A DNA stretch of 10,550 bases from assembly GCA_048939015.1 (NCBI GenBank), contig JBHLPW010000103.1:1-10550 (forward strand), written 5' to 3'. Source of the stretch: Promethearchaeota archaeon. GTDB taxonomy: Archaea; Asgardarchaeota; Lokiarchaeia; Sigyniarchaeales; SOKP01. A model generated the notes under the pieces. It saw nothing but the letters and a program-made list of their open reading frames with translations. It was not told the DNA's origin and made no database searches. A program made the translations under genes and the position numbers. This document shows, piece by piece, positions 1-7,467 of this stretch (its first letter is position 1; every line of letters starts with the position of its first letter).

Positions 1-396
1 GATAATCATATATTTATTAAATAAAAAAAAGATTTGAACCTTAATATTAGAACCGTGAATCTCTAAATTTGATAAATTCTGAATGTTGGTCTGTCCTGCA
101 AAAGCATTAAATGAACTAAAATACATTGATACTAAATCAATTTCTAAGAAATTTCTATCATGCTCAGATAAATATGATTTTATTGGTCCATAATTGTTAT
201 CATTCTTAGAATCATATTCAAATACCATTAGAGTATTTCCATTCTGATCTGCAACTAAGCAACCGAATATTGGAGGAATTATGTTAAAATTGTTAGAGAT
301 AAATGCACTTTCAATAAGTTGTTTTTCGAATTTGCTTGAAACTTTATCATTATTATTTTCTTTTTCCTGTAGATAGTCATTATGACTAGAAACCAT
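1..396 (-). CDS. Longin/roadblock-like (profilin-like fold) domain protein, 5' part; runs off the window edge
   Basis: Not in the ORF track. The frame from ATG at 396 stays open for 132 codons to base 1: MVSSHNDYLQEKENNNDKVSSKFEKQLIESAFISNNFNIIPPIFGCLVADQNGNTLMVFEYDSK...EIDLVSMYFSSFNAFAGQTNIQNLSNLEIHGSNIKVQIFFLFNKYMII. The pattern of a beta-hairpin (IFGCLVADQNGNTL), a helix (DLVSMYFSSFNAFA) and further strands (LSNLEIHGSNIKVQIF) resembles Asgard longin/roadblock domains. The family call is by eye. Confidence 0.75.
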   Translation of the reverse strand, partial: MVSSHNDYLQEKENNNDKVSSKFEKQLIESAFISNNFNIIPPIFGCLVADQNGNTLMVFEYDSKNDNNYGPIKSYLSEHDRNFLEIDLVSMYFSSFNAFAGQTNIQNLSNLEIHGSNIKVQIFFLFNKYMII

Positions 397-594
397 AAAA
401 TAAACCAGAATATATAATTTAAATTTTTATTTAGAAGAAATTAAGTTTTTATCCATAAAATCTAAACATAAACAATATAAAGGACTCAAATCTCTAAAAA
501 TGAAAGAGAGACCATTAAATTTCAAAAAAAGTAATATTGGTTATTTTTAAAAAAATGAATTAAATTTCAGTTTTTATTTAATAACGAGCGAAGA

Positions 595-1560
595 ATGATA
601 ATGTATGGAGAAATTATGGCCGTTTTTACAGGAATATCTTTTGCACTCTCATTTGTACTAGCCCGAAAAATAGAAAATGAAGCTACAGCGATTTTTCAGA
701 ATACTGTTAGATCAATAGTAGGATTTTTGACATTTCTAATTATAAGTCTATCTTTTGGTGTTTTTATTGAAATATTTAAATTAAGTATTTTCATTGTATT
801 ATTATTATTTTTAAGTATTACTTTTACAGTAATCATAGGAGATACAACATATCTTCAATCACAGAAATATTTAGGGCCCGCTAAAGCTTTAGCGATTACG
901 ACTACGACTCCATTCTTCACTATTTTATTTGAAATTTTCTTTTTAAACCGTTTAGTATCAATTCAAATGATCTTCTCAGGTATTTTAATAGGATTAGGAG
1001 TTATTATAATTACAAAAAAGGATCACAATAATTTAATTATTGACGAATCACATTCTCATCAATTTCAAACTATTAATGCTCAAAATAATGTGAATGAAAC
1101 CCGAATTCCTAAGTCTGTCAGAGGAACCATATTAGCACTAATTGCTGCAATCTCTTGGGCTATTGGTATCGGTTTATCAGATTATTCAATAAATCAAGTT
1201 GATCAAACTGTGAATTTAGGAATTTTAAGTACTACGATTGCCATGATGATAAGATTTCTATTTGCTTCTGTTGTTTTAAGTTTAATTACTATAATGACTA
1301 GAACAAGAACATCAATACCTAGAACTCGGAATTCTTGGTGGATTCTAATTATTTCTGCCATTTTAAGTTATTCTTTGGGGAGTATATTTTTTGGGGAGGC
1401 AGTTCATATAGCTGGGGCGACCTTTATGTCCCTTATTTCCACAGCAATGCCTTTATTTACAATACCATTCTCCTATGGAATAAATAAAGAAAAAATTTCA
1501 AAGGAAGGATTTTTAGGAGTGGTAATAACGTTAATTGGTGTTTTTATGCTATTCATATAA
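595..1560 (+). CDS. EamA/DMT-family drug/metabolite transporter
   Basis: About 10 hydrophobic helices in two repeated halves joined by a polar loop. Both halves carry EamA-type motifs (IGDTTYLQSQKYLGPAKALAITTTTPFFT...GILIGLGV; LGSIFFGEAVHIAGATFMSLISTAMPLFT...KEKISKEGFLGVVITLIGV). The start could be the ATG at 595 or 601. Confidence 0.9.
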   Translation: MIMYGEIMAVFTGISFALSFVLARKIENEATAIFQNTVRSIVGFLTFLIISLSFGVFIEIFKLSIFIVLLLFLSITFTVIIGDTTYLQSQKYLGPAKALAITTTTPFFTILFEIFFLNRLVSIQMIFSGILIGLGVIIITKKDHNNLIIDESHSHQFQTINAQNNVNETRIPKSVRGTILALIAAISWAIGIGLSDYSINQVDQTVNLGILSTTIAMMIRFLFASVVLSLITIMTRTRTSIPRTRNSWWILIISAILSYSLGSIFFGEAVHIAGATFMSLISTAMPLFTIPFSYGINKEKISKEGFLGVVITLIGVFMLFI

Positions 1561-1571
1561 AAAAAATAAAA
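1561..1571 (-). terminator. Oligo-T tract between convergent genes; probable archaeal intrinsic terminator of the UPF0182 gene
   Basis: The 11-bp gap between the two stop codons reads TTTTATTTTTT on the minus strand. Confidence 0.45.
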
Positions 1572-4500
1572 TTAAGAGACAATTATAAAATCTTCTTGTG
1601 AAGTGTAGATAATTTCATTATTAACTATCAAAATCCACTTAAATCTAATTATGATATCGCTGATTGTACAATTAACCAATCCATTCAAAATCACTCCCTC
1701 TCCAGAATATAGAATATTGTCAATCAAGGTAAAATTAATACCACTATACATACCATGAGTAAATGTCTTATTTTCTATCGGATAATAAGTTGGGGGTACA
1801 AGGACTGAAAATGATCCGCCTCCATCTCGATAAAGAGACAAATTTACCTCAACATTATAACCTGGAGCAGTTATCGTTTCATTTATATTCTCAAGTTCTA
1901 TTCTAAAGCTTGCAAGATCATTAGGTAATGTCATTGAATTATCCATCTCAAAGTTAAATCTTATTGTGTATATTCTTGCATTAATTAATATCTTATTTGA
2001 TGTGGTGTTTCCATATGTATTTGAAGCTTTCACGTAAAATTCATAATACCCTGAAGTTAATTCAGAAATTGCAAATGAAGTCTGTGAACTAGGTAAATTA
2101 CTAATAAATAAACTATCATTTCTATAAATAGAATAACTATTAGCAAATTGAGATTCCGTCCAATTTAATATGAATGATCCATCTATATCGGGATTACCTG
2201 CATCACTTGTTAAGCTAAATGTCCCGGGTTTGAAATTTTCTAAATTATTATATGCCTCAAAAGCTTCAGCTCCATAACCTACCCTTCTAGTAAAGGCTTC
2301 AACAAATCCTGCCAATTTTAATTGCTGTAGACCACCAATAGTACTATAAGTTGGTATATAATAATATACCGAGCCTCCAAGAGGATAGAGTAAAGTATTC
2401 CCATTTCTGGCACCAGAAATTAATGTAATTTCCTGAGTTGCTTCTGTTTCATATGTATTTCTAGCAGTTTTAGGCCCAATTAAATTCTCTGTAGAATTTC
2501 TTGTATGATAAAAACGTGCTTCTCCAAAATTTTGACCGTGTCTTACGATATACATCCCTGCTAATGTATTTGCTTCAGTACCTCGATATTCTACTAAATC
2601 TAAACCAACATATTCAATACCATTTCCTAAATCCGTTTCAATATAGAAGAGATCACCATTTTCTGGTCTTTCATGAAAATCGTCTCCCCTCTTCCAAGTT
2701 TTTAGATCTTGTACATGGTATATATAATTGGCATCTAATTGCAATTCAAATAAATCTTCGGGATATCTTAACTGTGTACTTAACCAGATTGGAAGAATTT
2801 TCCAATTATATGCATCTACGTAATATTTCCATATAGAATAAGTTGGATCACTACTAGATTCAATTAGATTTGGGTTTTTATAAAATTCCATTTCACCAGT
2901 AATTACATCAACTAAACTAATGCCTAAGAATCTTAGAATTGGAGATCGAGAATAGGAACCAATATCTATTGAAGTATAAATGGACACAGCATAATACATT
3001 TTCTCATTATTTCTATCAAATACTAAATAAGGATCATTATCTACTTTTAATTGTGGTAACAGAATATTACTAACACGGTTTCTAACGTTCCTATTTATTA
3101 AATATGGCATTGCTCCTCCTTGAAAAACATAACCCCATAACCCTAAACTAGCCGTATACCAAAAAGCTTCCAATCCGTAAAGTACACCATCCGGTTCACC
3201 TTCATAAACATAGATATTATTTGGGATTCCTCCACTCCAATTAGTTCCAAGTAAAATGCTATTATCATAAGCTCCAAGATTGCCAAAAGACTCATGTTGT
3301 TGGAGGAATTTCTCACTTTCAGATTCACCAAAAAATATTGGATAATTTTCATCGATATTGAAAATCGAGCTTACGTCGACTAGTTCTCCTGTGTTTGTAT
3401 CCAATGCTAAGAATCCTTCAATGTGATCGTATAATTCAGTTGATACTCGTACAGGATCTCCAGCAAATTGGGATAATCTTATTGTTTTGGGAGCAACCCA
3501 ATATTCTGACCCATTTAAATAAACAATATCAGAGTCAGCTAAACCTTCATATGTAGTACCTATCTTTGCTGCCAAACTCTGTACTGCAAAATCTTGATCA
3601 AATTGTCTAATTCTTTCAAGCATTTGTGTATCATTTGCTACTGATGATGATAAAGTAAAATTTTCAATAGGTAACTCATCAAACATGTCTAATCCCGCAC
3701 ACACTCTGGTCCACATTATTTCTCTTTGAATTTTTTTATCCCATTCATACTCTGAATAAACAGAGGTATTACTTAATGTAAATATAGGCCCAATGCTTAT
3801 TATTAATGGAAATAAAATCATAATAATTAATGCTCCTGCTATAATTCCTACTTTCAATTTATTTCTTTCTAAAATTAATTTCATCCTTGGATATTTCGCT
3901 GACTTAATCCTACCAAAGATATAAATGATTATACCAAACCCAGTAAGAACTAAAAAAGCTATAATATAGGACCACATCTGAATGAGTTCAATTCCATTTA
4001 AAGCCAGAGTAGGTAAAGAAAGAAAAATTGAACCACAAATCAAACAACCTATAAATAGAGTGTTTGCTACGACATTGTAATCATTTTTTTTCAAGTAACT
4101 ATTACTAACAATATTTAAAATCAATCTTAATACTATGATTGCAACAATATAATATATAAGTGGTAAATAAATCCTGCTATAGATGAAAAGGAATTGTATA
4201 TTTACGCTGTATTGATTCATGAGGATATTAAATGCATCAATAAAAATGGTGAATGGTGAAACATTAATTTCACCTTTTTCTATTAAATACATAGCCCAGG
4301 AAAATTGTCCACCAATATCAAGCAAAAAACCTATAAAATAAAATAAAATAAAACCAGCTGTCCACCAAAAAATTAAGGTTTTTAGAATTGAAGGTTTACC
4401 GAACCTTAATCGAGTTCCTATTATAGTCAATAAATTTCGATTGGGAGGTAAACTCATTATAATACACCCAATTAACGCTCCAATTAAGGCTGTTTTGTTA

Positions 4501-4886
4501 AAAATAAAATTAGTTGACCAAAAATTAAGAAAGAAAACTTCATAATAACTAAGACCACCTGCCTTATTATTGTAAAGTTGAGCATTCAGATTTATCGGAC
4601 CAAACCAAGCAGGCCACCACCATAAAAGTGTTAAAACAGTTATGATAATTGCGATTGTTGGAAGTATAATCTTTAAATATTTTTTTAGTTTAGGCCTAAG
4701 TTGAAAAAGACCAAGTTTTAAAGGTCTTGTTATTGGAGGTTTTTCAGAGGCTTCAATATCTTCAAAACTTTCTCCACGTTCTAACCTTTCAATTTTTTTT
4801 TGAAATTCATACTTTCTTAGTTCTTCTCTGCACTTTTCACAGTAATAGTTAAATTTCTTATGTTTTTCGCAACTTGGTTTATCCAT
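1572..4886 (-). CDS. UPF0182-family (COG1615-like) multi-pass membrane protein with an N-terminal Cys/His zinc knuckle and a C-terminal FN3-like/beta-rich extracellular extension
   Basis: An N-terminal block of about 8-9 TM helices precedes a large soluble domain with UPF0182-like motifs (YDHIEGF, NRNVRNRVSNILLPQLKVDNDPYLV, QLRYPEDLFELQ...YH, IGPKTAR, RNGNTLLYPLGGSVYYYIPTY). The N-terminus has CEKH-x6-CEKC. An FN3-like segment reads PGTFSLTSDA...LNWTES..ANSYSIY...GYYEFYVKASNTYG, and there are many N-x-S/T sequons. Confidence 0.85.
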   Translation of the reverse strand: MDKPSCEKHKKFNYYCEKCREELRKYEFQKKIERLERGESFEDIEASEKPPITRPLKLGLFQLRPKLKKYLKIILPTIAIIITVLTLLWWWPAWFGPINLNAQLYNNKAGGLSYYEVFFLNFWSTNFIFNKTALIGALIGCIIMSLPPNRNLLTIIGTRLRFGKPSILKTLIFWWTAGFILFYFIGFLLDIGGQFSWAMYLIEKGEINVSPFTIFIDAFNILMNQYSVNIQFLFIYSRIYLPLIYYIVAIIVLRLILNIVSNSYLKKNDYNVVANTLFIGCLICGSIFLSLPTLALNGIELIQMWSYIIAFLVLTGFGIIIYIFGRIKSAKYPRMKLILERNKLKVGIIAGALIIMILFPLIISIGPIFTLSNTSVYSEYEWDKKIQREIMWTRVCAGLDMFDELPIENFTLSSSVANDTQMLERIRQFDQDFAVQSLAAKIGTTYEGLADSDIVYLNGSEYWVAPKTIRLSQFAGDPVRVSTELYDHIEGFLALDTNTGELVDVSSIFNIDENYPIFFGESESEKFLQQHESFGNLGAYDNSILLGTNWSGGIPNNIYVYEGEPDGVLYGLEAFWYTASLGLWGYVFQGGAMPYLINRNVRNRVSNILLPQLKVDNDPYLVFDRNNEKMYYAVSIYTSIDIGSYSRSPILRFLGISLVDVITGEMEFYKNPNLIESSSDPTYSIWKYYVDAYNWKILPIWLSTQLRYPEDLFELQLDANYIYHVQDLKTWKRGDDFHERPENGDLFYIETDLGNGIEYVGLDLVEYRGTEANTLAGMYIVRHGQNFGEARFYHTRNSTENLIGPKTARNTYETEATQEITLISGARNGNTLLYPLGGSVYYYIPTYSTIGGLQQLKLAGFVEAFTRRVGYGAEAFEAYNNLENFKPGTFSLTSDAGNPDIDGSFILNWTESQFANSYSIYRNDSLFISNLPSSQTSFAISELTSGYYEFYVKASNTYGNTTSNKILINARIYTIRFNFEMDNSMTLPNDLASFRIELENINETITAPGYNVEVNLSLYRDGGGSFSVLVPPTYYPIENKTFTHGMYSGINFTLIDNILYSGEGVILNGLVNCTISDIIIRFKWILIVNNEIIYTSQEDFIIVS

Positions 4887-5087
4887 AAAATTTCATCCAA
4901 TTATTTTAAATTAATAATTGTATCTAAAAATGTTTAAGAAATATTAAATAAATCATTTATGCTTAAGATTAATAGAAAATTTTAATTTCGAGTTAGATTA
5001 TAATTAAATATATTTTTATATATACATTTATCTTTGACGATATAGATCTATGTTTAAAAACTAAACATATGATTCTTTATCAGAACA

Positions 5088-5100
5088 TTTAAATATATAT
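5088..5100 (+). promoter_or_regulatory. Candidate TATA box for the small ORF at 5170
   Basis: TTTAAATATATAT lies about 70-80 bp upstream of the ATG. The region is very AT-rich, so specificity is low. Confidence 0.3.
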
Positions 5101-5169
5101 TTTTATATACTAGATTGGGTAATAAGGTATATTAATAACTAATGAAATAAAGAGGCGAAAAAATAGACT

Positions 5170-5274
5170 ATGAATGTGAAAGAGTTATATGAAATTCTTC
5201 TAGGGTTGATAGGAATTTCAGGTTTAGCAGCTCTATGTATTGTTCTGTTGATCTTAATTGGTATAATTACCTAG
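5170..5274 (+). CDS. 34-aa single-TM hydrophobic small protein (MNVKELYEILLGLIGISGLAALCIVLLILIGIIT)
   Basis: Below the ORF-track size cutoff. It runs from ATG 5170 to TAG 5272-5274, with a purine-rich AAAGAGG upstream (5149-5155) and a T-rich tract after the stop. A run of about 25 uninterrupted hydrophobic/small residues follows a short charged N-terminus. Confidence 0.65.
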   Translation: MNVKELYEILLGLIGISGLAALCIVLLILIGIIT

Positions 5275-5453
5275 TCTTTCGCTTTTTAAATAGTATATTT
5301 CTTTCTAGTTTCTTCTCTATCTTTATACATATACCATTCAGCAACAATATCATGTTCGATTTTAGCCACCCATATACCCATATTGGATAATCTTTAATTT
5401 CATATAATATAAATATTTCTTAATATTTATGGTATTTAAATTAAATTTTATGA

Positions 5454-5840
5454 ATGATTAATATGATTTTCCTATCTTTTGAAGAAATAATGTGGCTTTT
5501 GGTTATTTACCTTATAGTCCTGTTGATAATGGCAATTTTTTTGAGTATTGCTTTAAGTTTTTTTAGTAAAGCTCAACATACTAATTTTGGAAACGTTTTC
5601 TTAACAGCATTCTTGATTACTATAGTCTATGCTGTGGTGTTTTACTTTTTAGAAGGCTCGCTTGCTTTGGTTGGATGGTTGATAGTTTTAATCTTAACAT
5701 GGATAATAATCAGTGTTAGCCATAATGTTGGATTTTTGAGTGCAATAGTTATAACTGTTTTAGCTTTTCTATTGTACGTTCTCGTTGTTCTTTTACTTAA
5801 CTTTCTATTACCTATAACAATCGATCTTTTCCCTTTCTAA
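5454..5840 (+). CDS. Hypothetical 4-TM membrane protein
   Basis: 128-aa ORF with four hydrophobic helices and a weak internal two-fold similarity (HTNFGNVFLTAFL / HNVGFLSAIVITVL). A long T-rich tract follows it. The start could be 5454, 5463 or 5490. Confidence 0.8.
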   Translation: MINMIFLSFEEIMWLLVIYLIVLLIMAIFLSIALSFFSKAQHTNFGNVFLTAFLITIVYAVVFYFLEGSLALVGWLIVLILTWIIISVSHNVGFLSAIVITVLAFLLYVLVVLLLNFLLPITIDLFPF

Positions 5841-5844
5841 CCTA

Positions 5845-5867
5845 TTTTCTTCTTTTTATTTTATTTA
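5845..5867 (+). terminator. T-rich archaeal terminator after the 4-TM gene
   Basis: TTTTCTTCTTTTTATTTTATTT begins a few bases after the stop codon. This suggests that the downstream RNA element is a separate transcript. Confidence 0.5.
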
Positions 5868-5969
5868 TCATTAATTTACAATAAATTTTGCAAACAGAGA
5901 TCCCCGACGTAAAGAATTTATTAATGAAGTCCCACGACAAAAAAATATAATACCACATTAATAGTTGCA

Positions 5970-5980
5970 TTTAAATATAA
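5970..5980 (+). promoter_or_regulatory. TATA box of the putative ncRNA
   Basis: TTTAAATA(TAA) is centred about 25 nt upstream of the first paired base (5998) of the structured element. This is the canonical archaeal spacing between TATA box and start site. Confidence 0.6.
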
Positions 5981-5997
5981 TTTCTTCCAAATATTAA

Positions 5998-6342
5998 ATG
6001 TTCACTCCTAACGGTGTGAACGTCGAGAAGTAGTATTGTTAACTCGATGCATTGGACCGTAAGGTAATCAGAAGCGATTTGAAAGGAAATTATGTGTAAT
6101 AGCATAATATGAACTCAAATATAAATCGTTAGGTTTATAATGACGTTCAATCTGGCTAGTTCGTAAGAATTAGTGAGGTTATCAAACGATAACACCATTC
6201 AAAAAATAAGAAATTATTAATTGATTGGTATCTCTTTTCACGACGCACCCCTGATGTAATGTGTTGAGATTTCTTTGCATCTTGTAAAGAAAGGCAATAC
6301 TGTTGCAATGGACGCTTTAACGCATTCATTAGCAACTTCTCG
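5998..6342 (+). ncRNA. Large (~345 nt) highly structured non-coding RNA of unrecognised family
   Basis: Nested long-range helices found by hand: 6024-6029/6337-6342, 6032-6040/6293-6301, 6043-6054/6257-6268, 6067-6071/6251-6255, 6074-6076/6244-6246 and 6080-6087/6233-6240. There are nine local hairpins, three closed by GNRA loops. About 13 G-U pairs form on the plus strand, against about 1 A-C opposition. GC is about 35% (119/340 counted for 6001-6340) versus about 17% in the 60 bp at 6361-6420. A TATA box lies upstream, and I found no long plus-strand ORF. Confidence 0.85.
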
Positions 6343-6469
6343 TCCCTTCTATACCTATTAAAAAATAATTATTCTTCTAGTTTTGATATCAATCCAATAT
6401 TGAAATTTCATAAGAAAATTTTATAATATCCGTTACTTATAAGTTTTAAGTTTAAAATAGAAGTCAGAT

Positions 6470-7210
6470 TTGATTAAAATTCTCACAAAAAAAAGAAAAA
6501 GGTTCTTTATAACATCGGTAATAATCTTATTTATTGCATCAGGAATTGTTCTCTATTATTTTATAAATCTCTTTAACATATTTGACGTACGGCATTATCA
6601 AACTGATAATGACTTTATAATTGATTATGGTGAAGAGTATGGTGGTGTAAATGTAAATTTTCAAATCTCATATCAGAATTATGCATCCTTTGATTCATTA
6701 CTAATCTTTCATACAATTTCCTCTGCTAATGTTGAAGAAATTGGAATAACCAAAGTCTCTTTTGATGTCTATAGTGATACAACACTTGTTTGGTTAAATG
6801 ACTTTAATTATGATCCACCTGTTACATATGAATACGATTCATTTGTGATTGGAGGTATAGGCCAGTATGATAATATTTCATGTATTGGAATAATTTATGC
6901 TCAATTCAACGTTGAAGGTATTGTTCAAAATGAAACTTTACCTTTTGTATTATCAATTGTAATGCCAGTGAATCCACTTGAAATACGGGATGTCCATTTT
7001 ATGAATTTAATTTGGATTGAATATGGTTTAGGAATATTACTACTAGTTCTTGTCCTATTGACTTTTAGAACAATTCAGATTTGGAAACGGGAAGCCACTT
7101 ATACAGACGATGAGATTAAAAAAGATAAAGAATTTTGGGACTTTATTAATGATGAGTTGGAGAAATTTAAAAAAGAGTCATCTGATCAAAAGAATAAGAA
7201 AAAGAGTTAA
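6470..7210 (+). CDS. Hypothetical membrane-anchored protein (N-terminal TM, acidic beta-rich ectodomain, C-terminal TM, charged tail); paralog 1
   Basis: 246-aa ORF with a TTG start. A basic N-terminus (KKRKR) precedes the first TM, and a second TM is IWIEYGLGILLLVLVLL. It aligns without gaps to 7468-8175. Confidence 0.85.
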   Translation: MIKILTKKRKRFFITSVIILFIASGIVLYYFINLFNIFDVRHYQTDNDFIIDYGEEYGGVNVNFQISYQNYASFDSLLIFHTISSANVEEIGITKVSFDVYSDTTLVWLNDFNYDPPVTYEYDSFVIGGIGQYDNISCIGIIYAQFNVEGIVQNETLPFVLSIVMPVNPLEIRDVHFMNLIWIEYGLGILLLVLVLLTFRTIQIWKREATYTDDEIKKDKEFWDFINDELEKFKKESSDQKNKKKS

Positions 7211-7467
7211 AATCTTTTTCTTATTTTCACGAGATTTAAAAATTACTCAACTTGTTTGAAGATGTTTAAAAATTCTTAAAAAAATAAGTTAAAAATCCTG
7301 TCCAAATATAAAAAAAATCAATAATACTAAATTTTATCTTATCCTAAATCTCTCTAAAAATCCGACTAGTTAAGATATTAAGACAAAATTGATTTTAGAC
7401 AAGAACTATTTTTAAAATTTTACTCCTATAAAGTTTTAGATTAAATTAAACACTAAATATAAGTGAA

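Noticed and set aside
374-388. Perfect 7-1-7 palindrome TAGTCAT-T-ATGACTA just inside the longin-like gene
   Set aside because: It is a single occurrence within coding sequence. It could be an operator, but there is no second copy to support that.
2501-2836. 111-aa plus-strand ORF from the track
   Set aside because: It lies wholly antisense within the well-supported UPF0182 gene and has no recognisable motifs, so it is a shadow ORF.
3143-3352. 69-aa minus-strand ORF from the track
   Set aside because: It is an alternative frame nested inside the UPF0182 gene, with no independent support.
6156-6329. 57-aa minus-strand ORF (MNALKRPLQQYCLSLQDAKK...LITSLILTN) overlapping the structured element
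   Set aside because: It has no recognisable protein features. The G-U bias, GNRA loops and TATA box all point to a plus-strand RNA. It would be worth revisiting only if the ORF is conserved in homologs.
5998-6342. Identification of the structured RNA as RNase P RNA, SRP (7S) RNA, a group I/II intron, a retron/DRT ncRNA, an omega RNA or a bridge RNA
   Set aside because: The size fits RNase P or SRP, but I found their universal motifs on neither strand. AATCAGAAG and GTTCAATCTGGCTA only loosely echo group I Q/R elements, with no P/S partners and no interrupted gene. There is no group II domain V or GUGYG start, and no RT, IscB/TnpB or IS110 gene in the window. A trans-acting partner elsewhere cannot be excluded.
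6024-6342. MITE with terminal inverted repeats CGAGAAGT/ACTTCTCG
   Set aside because: The inverted repeat is only 8 bp and no target-site duplication is evident. The internal pairing relies on strand-specific G-U pairs typical of RNA.
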